Shown piece after piece: positions 25,320-28,759 of a stretch of DNA of 28,759 nucleotides (positions are counted from its first letter, which is position 1; each line of letters opens with the position of its first letter). The translations under genes were made by a program, and so were the position numbers. The notes beneath the pieces were generated by a model. That model saw nothing but the letters and a program-made list of their open reading frames with translations. It was not told where the DNA came from and did not search any database. The stretch spans positions 1-28,759 of the forward strand of contig JBJHDK010000029.1 of the NCBI GenBank assembly GCA_050486505.1, read 5' to 3'. This stretch comes from Fibrobacteria bacterium (GTDB lineage: Bacteria > Fibrobacterota > Fibrobacteria > UBA11236).

Positions 25320-26681
25320 TCAACCCTTCGCGGGATCTTTCTGCACTGCGGGTTCTTCCGCCGCGCCGTCGGCCCTGTCTGCCGCAGCGTCCCCCGACGG
25401 GGAGTGGACCGTCATGCGTACCCCCTCGATCTTGTTCCCGTCCATCTCGAGGATTTCGAAGGTGAGGTTTCTGGCGCTGATCACATCGCCTTCGGTGGGC
25501 ACGCGGCCGTGTACGTAGAGGATGAAGCCGCCCACGGTGTCGATGTGGATCTCTTCATCGTCGGGACGCAGGTCGATGCCGAGCTCCTCCTTGAGGTCGA
25601 AGAGCGACACCACCGGGTCGATGAGGTAGACGCCCTCGTCCTCCTGCCGGATACGCTTCATTTCGACTTCGTCCTCATCGTGGATTTCACCCACGATTTC
25701 CTCGAGGATGTCCTCGAGCGTGACAAGGCCCGAGACGCCGCCGTATTCATCGACGACGATGGCCATGTGCACCTGCTTGAGCCGGAACTCGCGCATGAGC
25801 TCGCCGATTTTCTTGGTGCGGGGCACGAAATAGGCTTCGCGGATGTAGTCGGCCAGGCGGAAGTTTTCCTTCACCGACTCTTCGGGCAAACCCATCAGGC
25901 TCATGACGTGGAGGATGCCTTTGACCTGGTCGACGGTTTCCTCGTACACGGGAATGCGGCTGAACTTCTCGTGGGTGATGAGGTCCATCACTTCGCGGTA
26001 GCTGGCCCCGATCTCGAGGGCGACCATGTCGACGCGCGGAGTCATGACTTCCTTCGCCTGGGTCTCGCGCAAGTCGAAGATGGAGCGGATCATCTCGCGC
26101 TCTTCCTCTTCGAGTCCGCTGCGGTCGGGGTTCTCCCCTTCCTGGTCGGGATGCCCGTTGTCTTCCTTGCCAAGGAAACTGAACCGGGATTCATAGCCGA
26201 GGCGACGCAATAGAACTTCGTTGAGCTCGTAGACCCAGCGGCCCAGTCTCCCCATGAAGAACCAGGCGTAGATCTTGTAGAGGCGGATCGCCGCGCCACC
26301 GAGCAAAGCGGAGAAGGCCTTGCCGAACACGGAAGCCCCCCAGTGGCAGAAGAGGTAGGTCGCCAGCCCCGCGCATGCGAAGGCAACCCCGGTGGCCACG
26401 CCGAAGGTGGCACCGATGGCCCTGGTTCCGAAAAACAGGGCGGCGGCGTCGGCGAAGAAGCGGCCGAGGCTCAGGGATTCGAAAAACCCCGGGCGGGTCC
26501 AAAGCTCCTGGGCATCGTCGATCCACTTGCGGAAGCCCGGCTCCTTGCCTGAGACCGAGAGGGCAAGATTCTGCTTCTGGTAAAATCCGAGAACCGTGCG
26601 AATTCCGTTGAGGATCACACCGAGCGTCAGGAATGCCGCGAAGGGGATGAAGGCGGAGGCCGCCGTGAGGGTGACGCTCAT
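25320..26681 (-). CDS. HlyC/CorC (CNNM-type) membrane protein: TM region, 2 CBS domains, CorC_HlyC domain; probable Mg2+/Co2+ efflux family
   Basis: N-terminal TM helices; EREMIRSIFDL....KEVMTPRVDM, FSRIPVYE..VD...GIL, HMAIVVDEYGG..GLVTLEDILEEIVGEI.DE and DTVGGFI....GRVP..GD. SD GGAAGGGAG. Confidence 0.93.
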   Translation of the reverse strand: MSVTLTAASAFIPFAAFLTLGVILNGIRTVLGFYQKQNLALSVSGKEPGFRKWIDDAQELWTRPGFFESLSLGRFFADAAALFFGTRAIGATFGVATGVAFACAGLATYLFCHWGASVFGKAFSALLGGAAIRLYKIYAWFFMGRLGRWVYELNEVLLRRLGYESRFSFLGKEDNGHPDQEGENPDRSGLEEEEREMIRSIFDLRETQAKEVMTPRVDMVALEIGASYREVMDLITHEKFSRIPVYEETVDQVKGILHVMSLMGLPEESVKENFRLADYIREAYFVPRTKKIGELMREFRLKQVHMAIVVDEYGGVSGLVTLEDILEEIVGEIHDEDEVEMKRIRQEDEGVYLIDPVVSLFDLKEELGIDLRPDDEEIHIDTVGGFILYVHGRVPTEGDVISARNLTFEILEMDGNKIEGVRMTVHSPSGDAAADRADGAAEEPAVQKDPAKG

Positions 26682-26743
26682 GACTCCCTTCCGGAGTTCA
26701 CGGACGTCCCGACCGCGGCGCGGCGACTAGGGTCTGGGTCCAT
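26678..26743 (-). CDS. Putative MgtL-like leader peptide MDPDPSRRAAVGTSVNSGRES (21 aa)
   Basis: ATG GAC CCA GAC CCT AGT CGC CGC ... TCA TGA; the stop overlaps the CorC-family ATG (ATGA); TATATT -10 box 11 nt upstream. Confidence 0.6.
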   Translation of the reverse strand: MDPDPSRRAAVGTSVNSGRES

Positions 26744-26792
26744 ATACGTTGTCGAATATAATCATCCGGGAGAAAAACGGAGGTGACGGCGG

Positions 26793-27221
26793 TCACCGCC
26801 CCGTGGTCCTGCGCCGTGCACGCAGGTAAAATTCTTCCCGTTCACGCATGATCCGGCGCTCGCCGGCCTTCATGTGGTCGTGCCCGCACAAATGCAGGAC
26901 CCCGTGCACGATCAGTCTCCGCAACTCTTGATAAAACGTGTTGTTATAGCGCGGCGCCTGACGCTTTGCCTGAGGGTTGGCGATGAAGATTTCTCCGGCG
27001 AAATCGTCCTCGTCCCACAGAAATGACAGCACGTCGGTCACCTTGTCGAGCCCCCGGTAATCCCGGTTCATCTCCCTGACCTTCGCGTCGGAACAGAACA
27101 CGAGATTGAAACCGCCCCGAAGCCCTTCGCCCTCGGCGACGCGCCGCGCGAGGCGGGCCAGGTCGGCCGGGCGGGGAGCGGTTTGCCCCTCTTCGAACAG
27201 GATTTCGATCGGTGCCGACAT
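26793..27221 (-). CDS. ybeY: rRNA maturation endoribonuclease YbeY
   Basis: MNRDYRGLDKVTDVLSF, GEIFI and zinc motif HGVLHLCGHDH. Confidence 0.96.
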   Translation of the reverse strand: MSAPIEILFEEGQTAPRPADLARLARRVAEGEGLRGGFNLVFCSDAKVREMNRDYRGLDKVTDVLSFLWDEDDFAGEIFIANPQAKRQAPRYNNTFYQELRRLIVHGVLHLCGHDHMKAGERRIMREREEFYLRARRRTTGR

Positions 27222-27243
27222 GCGCTCTGCTTCGAGGATGCGC

Positions 27244-27564
27244 CTAGGCTTCGTCGCCGCCGGATTCGCCAGCGTCCTGCGTGCCCCAGCGGGTGAGGAT
27301 TTCGGCCAGCTTCAGGGCCTGCGCGGCGGAAGAGACCACGAACTTGCTCTTCATCTTGTACTCCCCCGCGCTTTTCTGGTAGCGGCGGATGGCATACTTC
27401 GGCGCCTTGAACTTGCCCGACGCCTTGTCCAGATCCTGGTACCGGAAGATCAAGGTCGCCCAGCCGCCCTTGGTCAGAACCTCTTTGTCAAGTTCCTTGA
27501 CCAGCAGGTTCCCCTCCTCGTCCTGGAAGTTCATGGTGAGATCTTCGACGGTTTCGTTGGGCAT
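27244..27564 (-). CDS. Hypothetical cytoplasmic protein (106 aa)
   Basis: ATG 27564 with GGAG SD and strongly biased codons. MPNETVEDLTMNFQDEEGNLLVKELDKEVLTKGGWATLIFRYQ...IRRYQK..GEYK.KSKF. The track's N-terminal extension is translated repeat DNA. Confidence 0.82.
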   Translation of the reverse strand: MPNETVEDLTMNFQDEEGNLLVKELDKEVLTKGGWATLIFRYQDLDKASGKFKAPKYAIRRYQKSAGEYKMKSKFVVSSAAQALKLAEILTRWGTQDAGESGGDEA

Positions 27565-27607
27565 GGGGGGACTCCGGAGGTAAGGGACGGGATTGGGGAG
27601 ACGAAGA

Positions 27608-27716
27608 TACAGTACAACAGTACAGCAACGCAACAATAGAACGACAGCCCGAGATGCCTTTATTGCTGTATTGCTGTATTGCTGTATTGCTGTATTGCCG
27701 TACTGTTGTATTGTCT
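27608..27716. repeat. Inverted octamer tandem-repeat element, same family as 13887-13984
   Basis: Left tacagta caacagta cagcaacg caacaata; right (tattgctg)x4 tattgccg tactgttg tattgtct. Confidence 0.9.
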
Positions 27717-27776
27717 TCTGCTCTTTCGGCCCGTGCAGCTTAGAAACTCCCCGTGAATTGGTAAAATTGAATCTCC

Positions 27777-28759
27777 ATGCCCGCATCATCCCCCGCCCTG
27801 ACCGCACAACTCGATGCCATCGACGCCAAACTCGCCCGCAAGGAGCGCCTTTCGCCAAAAGACGCCCTGCTGCTTTACACCGAAGCGCCCCTCGCCTGGC
27901 TGCAGGAACGGGCCACGGTGGCGCGCAGGGCACGGCACGGCGACGAGGCCTATTTCAACCGAAACATCCACTTCGAACCCACCAACATCTGCATCTACGC
28001 GTGCAAGTTCTGCGCCTTCTACCGCCCCCCCAAGGCCGCGCAGGATCCCCAAAGTGGCGCGTGGGACTACACCCTTGAAGACTTGCGCCGAAAGCTGGAG
28101 GCGTACCCCCCCGGATCCCTGACCGAAATCCACATCACGGGCGGAGTTCACCCCGACCGGGGCGTGGATTATGGCGAGGCTCTGTGCGCCTTCATCAAGA
28201 AACTTCGTCCCGAAATCCACATAAAGGCCTTTACTGCCGTGGAGTTAGCGTATTTCGCAAAGAAGAGCAATGTGGGGGTCCCGGAGGCATTGTCCCGCCT
28301 GAAGGGGGCCGGGCTCGGGTCGATTCCCGGCGGGGGGGCCGAGATTTTCGATCCCGAGGTGCGCAGGAAGATCGCCGGGGGCAAGGCTCCCGCCCACGTG
28401 TGGCTCGAAGTGCACGAGATGGTGCACAAGGCAGGGTTGTTCTCGAACGCGACCATGCTCTACGGGCATGTGGAAACCTTCGCGCACCGCATCGACCACA
28501 TGCTCAAGCTGCGGGAACTGCAGGATCGCACGGGAGGCTTCAAGGCGTTCATCCCCCTGCGCTACCGCAACGATGCCAACGCCCTCAGCCACCTCCCCGA
28601 AGTGACACCGGAGGACGACCTTCGCAACTACGCGGTGGCCCGGCTGTTTCTGGACAACATCCCCCACCTCAAGGCATACTGGGCCATGCTCGGCCTCGAC
28701 CTGGCCACCGAGGCGCTCGACTACGGGGTCGACGACCTCGACGGCACGGTGGACGATAC
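27777..28759 (+). CDS. mqnE: Radical SAM aminofutalosine synthase MqnE (CofH/MqnC/MqnE family), 3'-truncated by window edge
   Basis: Not in the track because it is open-ended. Manual translation MPASSPALTAQLDAIDAKL...YFNRNIHFEPTNICIYACKFCAF (CxxxCxxC)...EIHITGGVHP...HIKAFTAVE...PGGGAEIF...NATMLYGH...HLKAYWAM. Confidence 0.88.
   Translation, partial: MPASSPALTAQLDAIDAKLARKERLSPKDALLLYTEAPLAWLQERATVARRARHGDEAYFNRNIHFEPTNICIYACKFCAFYRPPKAAQDPQSGAWDYTLEDLRRKLEAYPPGSLTEIHITGGVHPDRGVDYGEALCAFIKKLRPEIHIKAFTAVELAYFAKKSNVGVPEALSRLKGAGLGSIPGGGAEIFDPEVRRKIAGGKAPAHVWLEVHEMVHKAGLFSNATMLYGHVETFAHRIDHMLKLRELQDRTGGFKAFIPLRYRNDANALSHLPEVTPEDDLRNYAVARLFLDNIPHLKAYWAMLGLDLATEALDYGVDDLDGTVDD

Noticed and set aside
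27565..27933. 229-aa version of the 27244 ORF with QQYGNTAIQQYSNTAI repeats, and the 84-92-aa ORFs at 13886-14241
   Set aside because: These are translations of the octamer DNA repeats; the 229-aa ORF also overlaps mqnE on the opposite strand.

Overview
GC-rich bacterial chromosomal window made mostly of housekeeping genes. The lineage cannot be fixed from sequence alone; the gene set (futalosine menaquinone genes, TrmFO, bacilliredoxin, RarA fusion) suggests an FCB-like organism such as Fibrobacterota, which is an inference. Gene order: sppA (partial), LysM-rich lytic transglycosylase, small basic/acidic protein, serA, TauE/SafE, YihY, RarA fusion, membrane protein, ArsC/YffB, FAD-linked oxidase, purC, purH, lipoprotein, trmFO, BrxA/B, Rid, lipoprotein, hypothetical, NYN-CSD, mqnP/ubiX/menG, tRNA-Phe, greB, hypothetical, ACP-like protein, GT-B glycosyltransferase, CNNM/CorC protein, ybeY, hypothetical, mqnE (partial). 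No transposase, integrase, CRISPR or rRNA was seen. The interesting signal is in the intergenic DNA. (1) An unannotated 21-aa MgtL-like leader ORF (MDPDPSRR...) overlaps the start codon of a CorC/CNNM Mg2+-transport-family gene and is a candidate Mg2+-sensing translational switch. (2) Six intergenic elements consist of inverted arrays of 7- or 8-nt tandem repeats, in three sequence families. (3) REP-like palindromes sit at four convergent gene junctions, where they supply stop codons or C-terminal residues, and one is nested in another. (4) About ten genes have a -10 hexamer 6-9 nt before the start codon and no SD, suggesting widespread leaderless mRNAs. (5) An ACP-like protein lacks the phosphopantetheine serine.
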